64,000 bases of DNA. Source: a virus. Lineage: Duplodnaviria; Caudoviricetes. The number at the start of each line of letters is the position of its first letter. The stretch's first letter is position 1. Of the stretch, positions 16,712-25,088 are shown piece by piece. The notes below the pieces were generated by a model, which worked only from the letters and a program-made list of their open reading frames with translations, had not been told where the DNA came from and searched no databases. The position numbers and the translations under genes are program-made. The stretch lies in IMG/VR virus record IMGVR_UViG_3300037424_001630, positions 13,533 through 77,532 of that record; one strand, written 5' to 3'.

Positions 16712-18327
16712 CAGACTTCGCCTTCGACTTCGACCAAGGCAACAGCCCGGGCGCCCCCCACTGGCTCGCCGGCGGGAGGATGCGCCGGACCAGGGAGGAG
16801 ACCCGCGCTGAAACGCGCCGACGCTGGAAGGCGAAGCGCGCCGAGCTCGAGGCGGACCCCGGCGCTGACCTGAGGTTCGGCGACACGTTCGACGCCCTCG
16901 TGAAGGTCGCCAAGTCCGGCGACGTGGTCGCTGTGGACTTCGACGGGACGTGCACGGTCGACGCCGACGGCACCGAGAACCCGCGCATGCGCACGCTCGT
17001 GCAGCACCTCGTGGGGCGCGGCGTCCCCGTCGTGGTCTTCACGGCGCGCCCCGCCGAGGAGGTGCGAGAGTGGCTCCGCACTCACGGCTGGCCCACCGGC
17101 GCGGTGACGAACGTCAAGAGCCCGGACTTCCGAGTCATGCTCGACGACCGGGCGGTGCACTTCGACCCGGCGATGCTCGCCGACCCGGACCTCGCCGACG
17201 AGCTGGTCGGCTTCAAGTCGTGGTGGGAGAAGGGCGAGGACACGCCGCTGTACCTCACCGAGAAGGACATGGTCGAGAAGGTCTGGGACGTCGAGAAGTA
17301 CAGCGCGGACCAGCCTCGAGACGAGGACGGGCGCTGGACGTCCGGAGGCGGCGGGGTGGACGTCTCCGCCCGCACCGTGGAGACCGACGACGTAGAGGAG
17401 GCCGCCCGCGCGCTGGGCGAGGGGCGCCGGGTCGTCCTCAGCCAGCCGCGCCAGGTGTCGACCTTGCTGGATCGTCTCGCCGAGAAGGCGAGGGAGGCCG
17501 AGGCGAAGGGCGAGCAGGCGCCGAAGTACGACCTGTGCAACGTGTCGGTGAAGGGGACGAACATCTTCTGCGCTGGCGGCCTGGGTATCAAGCGCCTCCA
17601 GATGCCGCAGCTCTCCGGGAAGCCGACGCCGGGCTCGCCGGCGGATGGGCTCCCGAAGAACGCGAAGGGCGAGGTCGACATCGGTCCCGCGTTCCTCGAG
17701 AGCCTCCGCAATGAGGGCGTCGGGGTGAAGACGGAGACCGAGGAGCCGGGGCACCTTCGCGCGTCGCAGGCGGAGCTGAACGGCGTGAAGGTCGCGGGGA
17801 TCATGGGCTTCCTTCGCTCGAATCCGGACAAGGTCGCCCGCGCGGAGCCGCTCTTCGTCAGCCGGGACAACTACATCGTGGACGGGCACCACCGCTGGGC
17901 GGCGACCGTCGGGCTCGACTACGCGTCCGACTCCGACGCGGAGATTAGCGTCCCCATTCACCGCGTCGACATGTCCATCACGGAGCTGCTCAAGCGGTCG
18001 CGCGACTTCGCCGAGAAGCACGGGCTCCCCCCGATGGGGTTCAAGCGGAAGGCGACGGGGTGCGGGTGCGAGGGCCTGCCCGCGTGGTCGCCCGCGGCGG
18101 AAGAGGCGGAGGAGGTACCCGCGGAGGTGTCGCCGCCGCGGATAGATCAGGTGGCTGTCGCGCTCGAGCGCGCCATAGGGGCGCTCCCGGGCGCCGTCGC
18201 CGCGGCGCTGGGGGTGGGCGGTCCGCAGGTGGCGCCGGAGCCGAGGGCGCCCCGCAAGGTGAGGAAGACGGTCGTGCGGGACGAGAACCACCGCATCCTG
18301 TACGTGGACGAGGAGGAGATCGACTGA
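16708..18327 (+). CDS. polyvalent protein 5 (~539 aa): HAD phosphatase + ParB/Srx-like domain
   Basis: ATGA overlap; AVDFDGT...VFTAR...LDDRA (HAD motifs I, II, IV); VEK+PRD tag; VSRDNYIVDGHHRWAA. Confidence 0.85.
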   Translation: MTDFAFDFDQGNSPGAPHWLAGGRMRRTREETRAETRRRWKAKRAELEADPGADLRFGDTFDALVKVAKSGDVVAVDFDGTCTVDADGTENPRMRTLVQHLVGRGVPVVVFTARPAEEVREWLRTHGWPTGAVTNVKSPDFRVMLDDRAVHFDPAMLADPDLADELVGFKSWWEKGEDTPLYLTEKDMVEKVWDVEKYSADQPRDEDGRWTSGGGGVDVSARTVETDDVEEAARALGEGRRVVLSQPRQVSTLLDRLAEKAREAEAKGEQAPKYDLCNVSVKGTNIFCAGGLGIKRLQMPQLSGKPTPGSPADGLPKNAKGEVDIGPAFLESLRNEGVGVKTETEEPGHLRASQAELNGVKVAGIMGFLRSNPDKVARAEPLFVSRDNYIVDGHHRWAATVGLDYASDSDAEISVPIHRVDMSITELLKRSRDFAEKHGLPPMGFKRKATGCGCEGLPAWSPAAEEAEEVPAEVSPPRIDQVAVALERAIGALPGAVAAALGVGGPQVAPEPRAPRKVRKTVVRDENHRILYVDEEEID

Positions 18328-18977
18328 TGCCGCCCCCCTACATGGAGGACGCGCTAGGCATCCCGCTGCGCGACGCGCTGGCGGTCATGCAGCGCCGCAT
18401 CAAGAAGCGCTCCATGTACCACGGGATCCCGATTCAGAAGAACCCGCTCGACCTGTGGGTGTACCAGGAGGTCGTCCACGCGCTTCGCCCGGACGTGGTC
18501 GTGGAGGTCGGAGTGCTCGCGGGGGGATCCACGCTCTGGTTCGCGCACACCCTGGACGTGGTGGGAGGGCTGGGCGTTGTGATCGGCGTCGACGTGGATA
18601 CCAGCCGCGCCAGGGCCAACGCGGTGCACAGGCGCGTCATGTTCGTGGAGGGAGATGCGACAGACCTCCGCGTCGTGGCCGAGGTGCGCGACATGGTGGT
18701 CGGCGCGCGGGTCGTGATGGTGGTCGAGGACAGCTCGCACACGTACGCGAACACCGTCGGCGTGCTGGACCTGTACTCCCCGCTCGTCACGCCGGGGAGC
18801 CTCATGATCGTGGAGGATGGGATCTGCCACCACGGGCTGGACGCGGGCCCGAGTCCCGGGCCGTACGAGGCGGTCAAGAACTGGCTCCCCGCGCACCCCG
18901 AGTTTGCCGCGGACCGGAGCCTCGAGTCGTTCCTGGTGACGTGGAACCCGGGCGGGTTCCTCAGGAGGCTGCGGTGA
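18327..18977 (+). CDS. CmcI / cephalosporin hydroxylase family SAM-dependent methyltransferase
   Basis: IQKNPLDLWVYQE...PDVVVEVGVLAGGS...EDSSHTY...YSPLVTPGSLMIVEDG. Confidence 0.88.
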   Translation: MPPPYMEDALGIPLRDALAVMQRRIKKRSMYHGIPIQKNPLDLWVYQEVVHALRPDVVVEVGVLAGGSTLWFAHTLDVVGGLGVVIGVDVDTSRARANAVHRRVMFVEGDATDLRVVAEVRDMVVGARVVMVVEDSSHTYANTVGVLDLYSPLVTPGSLMIVEDGICHHGLDAGPSPGPYEAVKNWLPAHPEFAADRSLESFLVTWNPGGFLRRLR

Positions 18978-19126
18978 CGTATATCATGCTGGCGTACCTG
19001 ATTTTCGTCGCCGCGGAGCTAGCCGCAGTCGCCTGGTTCCTCTGGCAGATCAGGCGGGACGGGCGGCGGAGCCCGCTCAACCACGACTCGGAGAGCTGTC
19101 TGATTTGCCGCGGGAGGGAACCGTGA
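18974..19126 (+). CDS. small membrane protein
   Basis: GTGA coupling; one TM helix then C-terminal CLIC. Confidence 0.5.
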   Translation: MTYIMLAYLIFVAAELAAVAWFLWQIRRDGRRSPLNHDSESCLICRGREP

Positions 19127-19575
19127 GGTCCCCCAGGTTCAGCGATAGGTGCCTCAACGCGAAGGCGGACGCCGCCTGCGCGCTTCTCGGGGGTGGGTAC
19201 CTGCTCCTGTACGACGGCGCGCGCCCGGAGAGTGCTGACGACCTGGTCGACCAGGCGGAGGAGGAAGTACCCCTCGCGGTCGTGAGGCTGCGCTCCCCGG
19301 CGTTCCAGCCGGCGAACCACGGGAGGGCGACGGCCCGCGCGGTCGAGTCCGTCCCCGGGCTCCGGTCCGGGGCGCCGACGTGGTTCCGCGCTGTGACGAA
19401 GCTCGGTGAGGCGGTTTTCGACGGGACGTGCGGTCCGGCGCCGATAATTGAGCTCGGTGAGGCGGTTTTCGACGGCGCGAGGGGCGAGGAGTTCGACATG
19501 TACGTCAACGGGGAGATAGAAGTTGACGGGGAGGTGCGCGTCCTGCGGCTCGTCTACGCGGAGTCGCGGGGCTGA
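19123..19575 (+). CDS. putative virion structural protein
   Basis: NAKADA...GGYLLLYDGARP..AD...LAVVRL..PAF pattern common in phage virion proteins; internal 17-aa duplication. Confidence 0.6.
   Translation: MRSPRFSDRCLNAKADAACALLGGGYLLLYDGARPESADDLVDQAEEEVPLAVVRLRSPAFQPANHGRATARAVESVPGLRSGAPTWFRAVTKLGEAVFDGTCGPAPIIELGEAVFDGARGEEFDMYVNGEIEVDGEVRVLRLVYAESRG
19400..19475 (+). repeat. 25-bp direct repeat pair (AGCTCGGTGAGGCGGTTTTCGACGG), 51-bp period
   Basis: Exact copies at 19400-19424 and 19451-19475, in frame (LGEAVFDG twice). Confidence 0.95.
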
Positions 19576-19579
19576 CACC

Positions 19580-19591
19580 GCGGTATACTAG
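19580..19591 (+). promoter_or_regulatory. putative -10-type promoter
   Basis: GCGG-TATACT-AG directly upstream of SD AGGAGGAG of the 19614 gene. Confidence 0.55.
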
Positions 19592-19613
19592 ACAGGATGA
19601 GGAGGAGACCACC

Positions 19614-19997
19614 ATGAAGACGATCGCTGCCGTCGCTGTAGCTCTCGCGCTGTTCGTGACTTTCCCGTCGCCGCCCGCCGAGGGGGGCGCGTGCCTCCCG
19701 CCTGGCGTCTCCGCATCGGCTCTGGCGTCCTGGCCCGTCGTGGCGACGCAGCCGATGCTCACGCAGGACGAGACTGGAGCCGTCGTGGGCGTCGTCCTGA
19801 AGATGTACGACCGGGGGAGCGGCACCGTCATGCTCGCGTGGGTCAGGGACGTCGCCGTCTTCTTCGACCCGAACCCGGATGACCCTAACGTCCCGGGACT
19901 CTTGAACGAGCAGATGTTCAACGCCGACAAGGCGCTGCGGACCGCGCCGACCGGCCCGTGCAAGTGGCGAAAGATCCGTGAGGGCTCGTCCGCGTGA
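19614..19997 (+). CDS. secreted/periplasmic protein with signal peptide (moron-like)
   Basis: MKTIAAVAVALALFVTFPSPPAEG signal; own promoter and strong SD; two Cys. Confidence 0.75.
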   Translation: MKTIAAVAVALALFVTFPSPPAEGGACLPPGVSASALASWPVVATQPMLTQDETGAVVGVVLKMYDRGSGTVMLAWVRDVAVFFDPNPDDPNVPGLLNEQMFNADKALRTAPTGPCKWRKIREGSSA

Positions 19998-20971
19998 GCG
20001 TACTGACCGGGGACCTGAACTGCTACGGCAGCGCCGTGATGCCCGACGACGACTCCGTCCTCGACATAGGCGGAGCCGTCGACCGAACGCGGACCGTGGA
20101 GTTCGTGGACGTGGGGAGCGACTCCCTGCAGGCGGTGAGCTCCAGCGCCGCCGACGTGACGCAGTCCGTCGACGTGGCGTACCGCGACGCGACGGGCGTC
20201 GCCCTGTCGCTCTCCATCGCCCTGGCGGGCCAGGCGGTGGTGTCCGACGCGACGGTGGTCGAGCGCATCCTGAAGGCGGTCAAGGACCTCACTTGCGCCG
20301 GGGACGTGGCGCTCGAGGCCGCGACCGCCGTGCTGTCCGGGACCCTGTCGGCCGGCGGCCTCACCTCCGCCACTCTGCCCGTCGGCGCCTCGCCGGTCGA
20401 CGACGCGTACCGCGGGCTCGTACTACGCGAGACGAACGGCGCGCGCCGCATCCGGAAGGTCGTCCGGTACACGGGGGCGTCGCGCGTGGCGGTCGTGGAT
20501 CGCGCCTGGGGCGGGTCGCCGCCCGACGGGACGACGACGTTCCGCCTCTCCGCTGGCGCGTACTTCCCGAAGCTGCCGTTCGAGGTCTTCGAGGTCCGCC
20601 GCCCGTTCTACGCGGCGTCGTCGGACCCGCTTGTCGCCAAGACGTACTACGAGAAGGTGTTCCTGAGCAACGAGCACGCGACCCTCGCGCTGCTGGAGGC
20701 GGTGGTGTCGGAGTACGACGACCCGGGGGCGGACATAGAGTTCGCCCTCGAGACCACCCTCGACGGGTCGGGCACGAACGGCGCAGGGAACAGCCGGCAG
20801 GTCGCGCCCTCGGCGGGGGTCGGCGCGTTCAGCAGCGCGGACAAGCCCGCGGTCGGGAGCGTCGTGGGGGCGGGGCAGGCGCAGGGGACGTGGCTGAAGC
20901 TGTCCCTCCCGGCCGACGCGCCCGCGCAGAACACGACGTACACGGTCGCGCTTACCGGGACGTCCATCTGA
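19994..20971 (+). CDS. virion structural protein, paralog of 41585-42592
   Basis: Colinear similarity to 41585 ORF (ERILKAVKDLTCAGDVALE; YEK.F; GSGTNG.GN.RQVAP). Confidence 0.75.
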   Translation: MSVLTGDLNCYGSAVMPDDDSVLDIGGAVDRTRTVEFVDVGSDSLQAVSSSAADVTQSVDVAYRDATGVALSLSIALAGQAVVSDATVVERILKAVKDLTCAGDVALEAATAVLSGTLSAGGLTSATLPVGASPVDDAYRGLVLRETNGARRIRKVVRYTGASRVAVVDRAWGGSPPDGTTTFRLSAGAYFPKLPFEVFEVRRPFYAASSDPLVAKTYYEKVFLSNEHATLALLEAVVSEYDDPGADIEFALETTLDGSGTNGAGNSRQVAPSAGVGAFSSADKPAVGSVVGAGQAQGTWLKLSLPADAPAQNTTYTVALTGTSI

Positions 20972-21297
20972 TGCCGGTCACCCCGCGGGACGGCGGCCAG
21001 GCGGCACTGACCGTCGCTGACCAGACCATCTACACGTGTCCGGCCGCGACGACGATGACGCTGCGGGCGATCACCGTCTGCAACACGACGGCCGCGGCGC
21101 TGTCCGTCACCGTCTACAAGGTGCCGAGCGGGCAGGTGGTGGGGGACGAGTACGCGCTGATGCGCGACCTGCTGGTCCCCGGGAGGGGGATGGCGGTCGA
21201 CGACTCGGTCCACGTCCTCGAGGAGGGCGGCAAGATTGTCGCCCACGCGAGCGACGTCGGCCTGACCATCTCCCTCGACGGCGCGGAGGTGACGTAG
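20971..21297 (+). CDS. small tail/fibre-associated beta-sandwich protein
   Basis: TGATG coupling; IYTCPA...AITVCNTT...VLEEGGKIVAHAS pattern. Confidence 0.65.
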   Translation: MPVTPRDGGQAALTVADQTIYTCPAATTMTLRAITVCNTTAAALSVTVYKVPSGQVVGDEYALMRDLLVPGRGMAVDDSVHVLEEGGKIVAHASDVGLTISLDGAEVT

Positions 21298-21299
21298 CC

Positions 21300-22595
21300 G
21301 TGGCCATCACCGTCGTCCCGAGCACGCCCCAGGGCCTCGCGACCACCGACAGCCCGACGTTCGCCGCGCTGACGCTGACGAACCCCCTCGTCCCGGCGAG
21401 TGGCGGTACCGGGCACGCGGTCTACGTGGTCGGGGACCTGCTCCAGGCGGACACGACGACGACGCTCGCGCGTCTCGCGGCTCCGTCGGCCGGGAAGTTC
21501 ATCAGGGCGGCGGGCGTCGGGGTGATGTTCGCGTGGTCCACGCTCGTCCTGCCGAACGCGGCGACGGCGTTCCGCCTGCCCGTGGCGACGGCCGCCGACA
21601 CGATCGGCGAGCTCGCCGCCTCCGGCGCGGCGGGGGAGTACCTCGCGGGGGTGACCGGGGCGGTTCCCGCGTGGGCGACGCTGAACCAGGCCGCGGTGGC
21701 GGGGCTGACGACCGCCTCGACGCCCACGTTCGTCAGCGTTCTGCTCTCGGGGCTCACGGCGTCCGTCCCCGTGGTCACGGACGGGAGTAAGAACCTCGCC
21801 TCGCAGACGTATGCGAGCTTCAAGGCGAGCCTGGTCATCGCCCAGGCTGACGTCGCGGGCCTGACGACGGCGAGCAGCCCGACGTTCAACGCCCTGACGC
21901 TGACGACGAACCTCGGGGCCGGCGGCGCCGCCGCGGCGCGGGTTTGGATCAAGCAGTCCGCCAACTCGGTCGCCGGCGGGCTGAGGAGCGTTCGGAGCGA
22001 CGCGGCAAACTTCCTCGACCTGTACATCGGCGGCGACAACGCGATATATCTCCAGAACAACGGCGGCGCCGACGCCTACGTGTCGCTGGGGTCCGCGGGC
22101 CAGTTCGTCGTCGGCACGGCGGGCCCGCACGCCATCGGTGGAGCGGTGAGCGTCAACGACCAGATCACGCTCAAGGGCGCCTTCACAGGTTCGGCGCTGA
22201 CTCGCGGGTTTACAATGACATCCGACCTCACCGGAATAGCGGGAGCGGACATCAAGGGCGCGCAGTTCAACCCGAACCTTATTGAGGCCGGGAGCGGCGT
22301 GCACGCGGTCGTGGTCGGCTTCGAGGTGATCCCCGGAATCACCGCGGGCGCCGCGACGGTGACGGACGCCATCGGGGCGCGGTTCCGCGAGTTCGCAGCG
22401 GCGACGGGGACCACAAGCGCCAGCACGGTCAAGATCGAGGACGCCCCGACCGGGGCGACGAACATGTACGCGCTGTGGGTCGTGACGGGAGGCGTGCGGC
22501 TCGGCGGGCTCGGCGCCTTCGTGGCCGGCGACAAGTACGTCATCGCGGACGCGAACGGGAACCTGCACGTGTCGGCGCTCGGGCCGGCGTCCTAG
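21300..22595 (+). CDS. tail/head fibre protein
   Basis: Ala/Thr/Gly-rich; repeated GL(A/T)T.(D/S)(S/T)PTF motifs; P.A.GGTG fibre motif. Confidence 0.7.
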   Translation: MAITVVPSTPQGLATTDSPTFAALTLTNPLVPASGGTGHAVYVVGDLLQADTTTTLARLAAPSAGKFIRAAGVGVMFAWSTLVLPNAATAFRLPVATAADTIGELAASGAAGEYLAGVTGAVPAWATLNQAAVAGLTTASTPTFVSVLLSGLTASVPVVTDGSKNLASQTYASFKASLVIAQADVAGLTTASSPTFNALTLTTNLGAGGAAAARVWIKQSANSVAGGLRSVRSDAANFLDLYIGGDNAIYLQNNGGADAYVSLGSAGQFVVGTAGPHAIGGAVSVNDQITLKGAFTGSALTRGFTMTSDLTGIAGADIKGAQFNPNLIEAGSGVHAVVVGFEVIPGITAGAATVTDAIGARFREFAAATGTTSASTVKIEDAPTGATNMYALWVVTGGVRLGGLGAFVAGDKYVIADANGNLHVSALGPAS

Positions 22596-22599
22596 CGCA

Positions 22600-23052
22600 A
22601 TGAAGAAGCGGCACCTCTACCTGGTCAAACCCACGAGGAGGCACGGAGCCATGATGAAGATGCCCATCGAGACGCCCCAGCTGTTCGCCGAGCTGTACAC
22701 CGCCTTCCAGGCGGGGGAGCGCGGCCTGACCGGCGTGCGCAACCTCCGGGCCGCGGCCCGCGTCTACGACGCGCTCGACGCGGTCAGCGTCGAGGTCAAG
22801 AGCGCCGCCGGGCAGGTGGTCGGGCGCCAGCTGGCGACGCCGGGCTCCGACCTCGTGCTGGAGACGGCCGAGTGGGACCTGTTCCGCGACGTCGTGAAGG
22901 GCGTCGTTGAGGACGGCGCCAAGGGGGCGGGGCGCATCATGGACGCCCGGCGCTCGCTCGTCCTGCTCGAGGCGCTCGAGGGCGCGGGGAAGGTGGCGGT
23001 CGCGACAGCGCACGAGGACGTCGCGCCGCTGCAGGCCGAGCCGCAGGCGTAG
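22600..23052 (+). CDS. putative fibre assembly chaperone
   Basis: Helical 150 aa protein right after the fibre gene; positional inference. Confidence 0.45.
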   Translation: MKKRHLYLVKPTRRHGAMMKMPIETPQLFAELYTAFQAGERGLTGVRNLRAAARVYDALDAVSVEVKSAAGQVVGRQLATPGSDLVLETAEWDLFRDVVKGVVEDGAKGAGRIMDARRSLVLLEALEGAGKVAVATAHEDVAPLQAEPQA

Positions 23053-23054
23053 CC

Positions 23055-24344
23055 ATGGCAGAGCAGGTCGTCAGGATCCTCCCGGACTCGACGGGCAAGC
23101 GCGTCCGCGTGGTCGAGGTGACGCGCAACGCCCTGCAGGTCGAGCAGCAGGTCGTCTGCATCGCCAACGAGCGCGGGGACATCCTGCCGACCTCGGAGCT
23201 GATGTCGGAGTTCGGGCTCATGCGCGTCGCGGCGCCCATCACGCTGTTCGACGGGAAGTTCCTGTCGGACAAGCAGCCCCTCTTCTGGGACGAGACGCTC
23301 GTCGGAGGCGGGACGGTGACGTACGACGCGGCGCACTCGCACGTCGAGCTGGCGGTGACCGGGGGCGTCGACTCCGCCGTCATGCAGACGCACATGCGGT
23401 TCAACTACCAGGCGGGCAAGAGCCAGCTGATCATGATGTCCGGCCTCTTCTCACAGCAGGCCAACGTGAGGAAGCGCGTCGGCTACTTCGACGGGATAAC
23501 CGGGCTGTTCCTGGAGGTCACGGGGACGGGGATCTCCATGAACATCATGAACGCCGCCGCGGTCACCGAGACGGCCGCCCAGGCGGCGTGGAACTTGGAC
23601 CCGCTCGACGGGACCGGGCCGTCCGGCGTAACGCTCGACCTGGACGCGACGCAGATCCTCATCATCGACTTCCAGTGGCTCGGTACGGGGCGAGTCCGGT
23701 TCGGCTTCATCATCGGCGGGCGCATCGTGTACGTGCACGCGTTCGACCACGCGAACGTCGCGGGGAACGCCTTCGCGTACATGTTGAGCCCGAACCTCCC
23801 GCTGCGGTACGACGTCTTGTCGTCCGGCGGGGCGGGGTCGGCGATCCAGATATGCTCGACGGTGGTCGTCGAGGGCGGCAGCACGGACAGGGGTCTGACG
23901 TACAGCGTCGACATGGGCGTGACGCCGCTCACCCTGCCAGCGTCGGGCGTGCAGGCGCTCATCGCGGTGCGCCTCAAGGCGGGGCGGGCCGCGACGGTGG
24001 TGCCGGACGGCATGAACCTGCTGACGACCACGGTGAACGCCAACATCCGTTGGGAGATGCGGATGAACCCGGTGGTGGCCGGCACCGCCCTGGTCTGGGT
24101 GGGGGTGGACGACACGAGCATCGAGGTAGCCTACGGGGTGGCGACCAACCTTGTCACGGGCGGGTTCCAGGGCTCTTCCGGGTACCTCTCGTCGCAGGTG
24201 CGCCTGGCGGAGACCAAGCTGAACCCGTCCCTCCTCCTGGGCACCGCCTTCTTCGGCACTCAGGACGTCCTGATCCTGAGCGCTCAGGCCGTCGCGGGGA
24301 CGCCGAACGTCCTGGCGGAGCTGTCGTTCCGAGAGATCCTGTAG
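23055..24344 (+). CDS. conserved virion structural protein (lectin/beta-sandwich-like)
   Basis: FNYQAGKSQL...KRVGYFD...WNLDPLDGTGPSG...IDFQWLGTGRVRFGF...PNLPLRY family pattern. Confidence 0.8.
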   Translation: MAEQVVRILPDSTGKRVRVVEVTRNALQVEQQVVCIANERGDILPTSELMSEFGLMRVAAPITLFDGKFLSDKQPLFWDETLVGGGTVTYDAAHSHVELAVTGGVDSAVMQTHMRFNYQAGKSQLIMMSGLFSQQANVRKRVGYFDGITGLFLEVTGTGISMNIMNAAAVTETAAQAAWNLDPLDGTGPSGVTLDLDATQILIIDFQWLGTGRVRFGFIIGGRIVYVHAFDHANVAGNAFAYMLSPNLPLRYDVLSSGGAGSAIQICSTVVVEGGSTDRGLTYSVDMGVTPLTLPASGVQALIAVRLKAGRAATVVPDGMNLLTTTVNANIRWEMRMNPVVAGTALVWVGVDDTSIEVAYGVATNLVTGGFQGSSGYLSSQVRLAETKLNPSLLLGTAFFGTQDVLILSAQAVAGTPNVLAELSFREIL

Positions 24345-24356
24345 CCGGAGGGCGGC

Positions 24357-25049
24357 GTGACCCTCCTCACGCTCCTCCAGATATGGCACCCGGCGCCGTC
24401 GGTCAGCAACGACGACGCCTGGGACGTCGCGCCCGGGATGCTGTCGTCCTCCGGAGTGGCGACGCTCGCGGACCTCCCGTTCGCCGCCTACTACGACCTG
24501 ACCGTCCGGCGCCGGATCGGCGTCCCGGTCGAGTCGCTCGCCGGGCCCGACCGGCGGGTAGTCATCCCGATCGAGTCGCTCGCGGGGATGGCGCGCAGAC
24601 TAGGCGTGCCCATAGAGTCCCTCGTCGGGCTGGCCCGGAAGCTCGGCATCCCGGTCGAGTCGCTCTCCGGCTCGGGTCGCCGGGCGGGCGCCCCGGTCGA
24701 GTCGCTAGTCGGACTGGCCCGCCGGCTCAGCATGCCGGTCGAGGCGATCGTCGAGCTGATGGCCCGCAGGCTCGGCGTCCCGGTCGAGTCGCTCGCGGCG
24801 ACGTCGCGGCTGGTGACCATCCCGGTGGAGTGGTCGTCGACGGCACAGCCGTCCCCCGGGCCCGGGTTCCCGCCCCAGCCCGGCGGCGGTGTGGCGCTGC
24901 CCAAGCGGAGGCGCCCGTGGCCGACCATGTCGGAGCCGGTCTGCCTAGTGGGACTCGTCGTCGCCCCGCCAGCGAGGCTGCGAGGGGACGGTGCGGCGGA
25001 GCCGGACGAGCTGTTCGGCGAGGAGGGCCGGCTGCTCGGGCTGGTCTGA
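24357..25049 (+). CDS. repeat protein (8 x ~14 aa RRLGVPVESL)
   Basis: Tandem RR-h-G-h-P-h-E-S-L-x-G repeats about 24505-24830. Confidence 0.75.
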   Translation: MTLLTLLQIWHPAPSVSNDDAWDVAPGMLSSSGVATLADLPFAAYYDLTVRRRIGVPVESLAGPDRRVVIPIESLAGMARRLGVPIESLVGLARKLGIPVESLSGSGRRAGAPVESLVGLARRLSMPVEAIVELMARRLGVPVESLAATSRLVTIPVEWSSTAQPSPGPGFPPQPGGGVALPKRRRPWPTMSEPVCLVGLVVAPPARLRGDGAAEPDELFGEEGRLLGLV

Positions 25050-25058
25050 CGCGGCGGT

Positions 25059-25070
25059 GGCGTATAATGG
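25059..25070 (+). promoter_or_regulatory. putative lysis-cassette promoter
   Basis: TATAAT at 25063-25068 upstream of SD GGAGG and ATG 25089. Confidence 0.6.
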
Positions 25071-25088
25071 CGGGGTGGAGGACGAGCC

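Larger units (their letters stand above)
3962..17350 (+). repeat. dispersed coding repeat: 15 copies of the (K)-YDESEHPRDESGRWT-GGG tag
   Basis: Copies near 3971, 4409, 4930, 6911, 7414, 8128, 9360, 10138, 11380, 11604, 12041, 12645, 13554, 14927, 17299. Confidence 0.95.

Noticed and set aside
3962-17350. PRD repeats as a CRISPR array
   Set aside because: Spacing is hundreds to thousands of bp and irregular, repeats are in-frame coding, and no cas genes are present.
19400-19475. 25-bp repeat, 26-bp spacer, 25-bp repeat as a mini-CRISPR or decoy array
   Set aside because: The 51-bp period keeps the reading frame (LGEAVFDG twice) and the repeat is not palindromic; best explained as a tandem duplication in a CDS.
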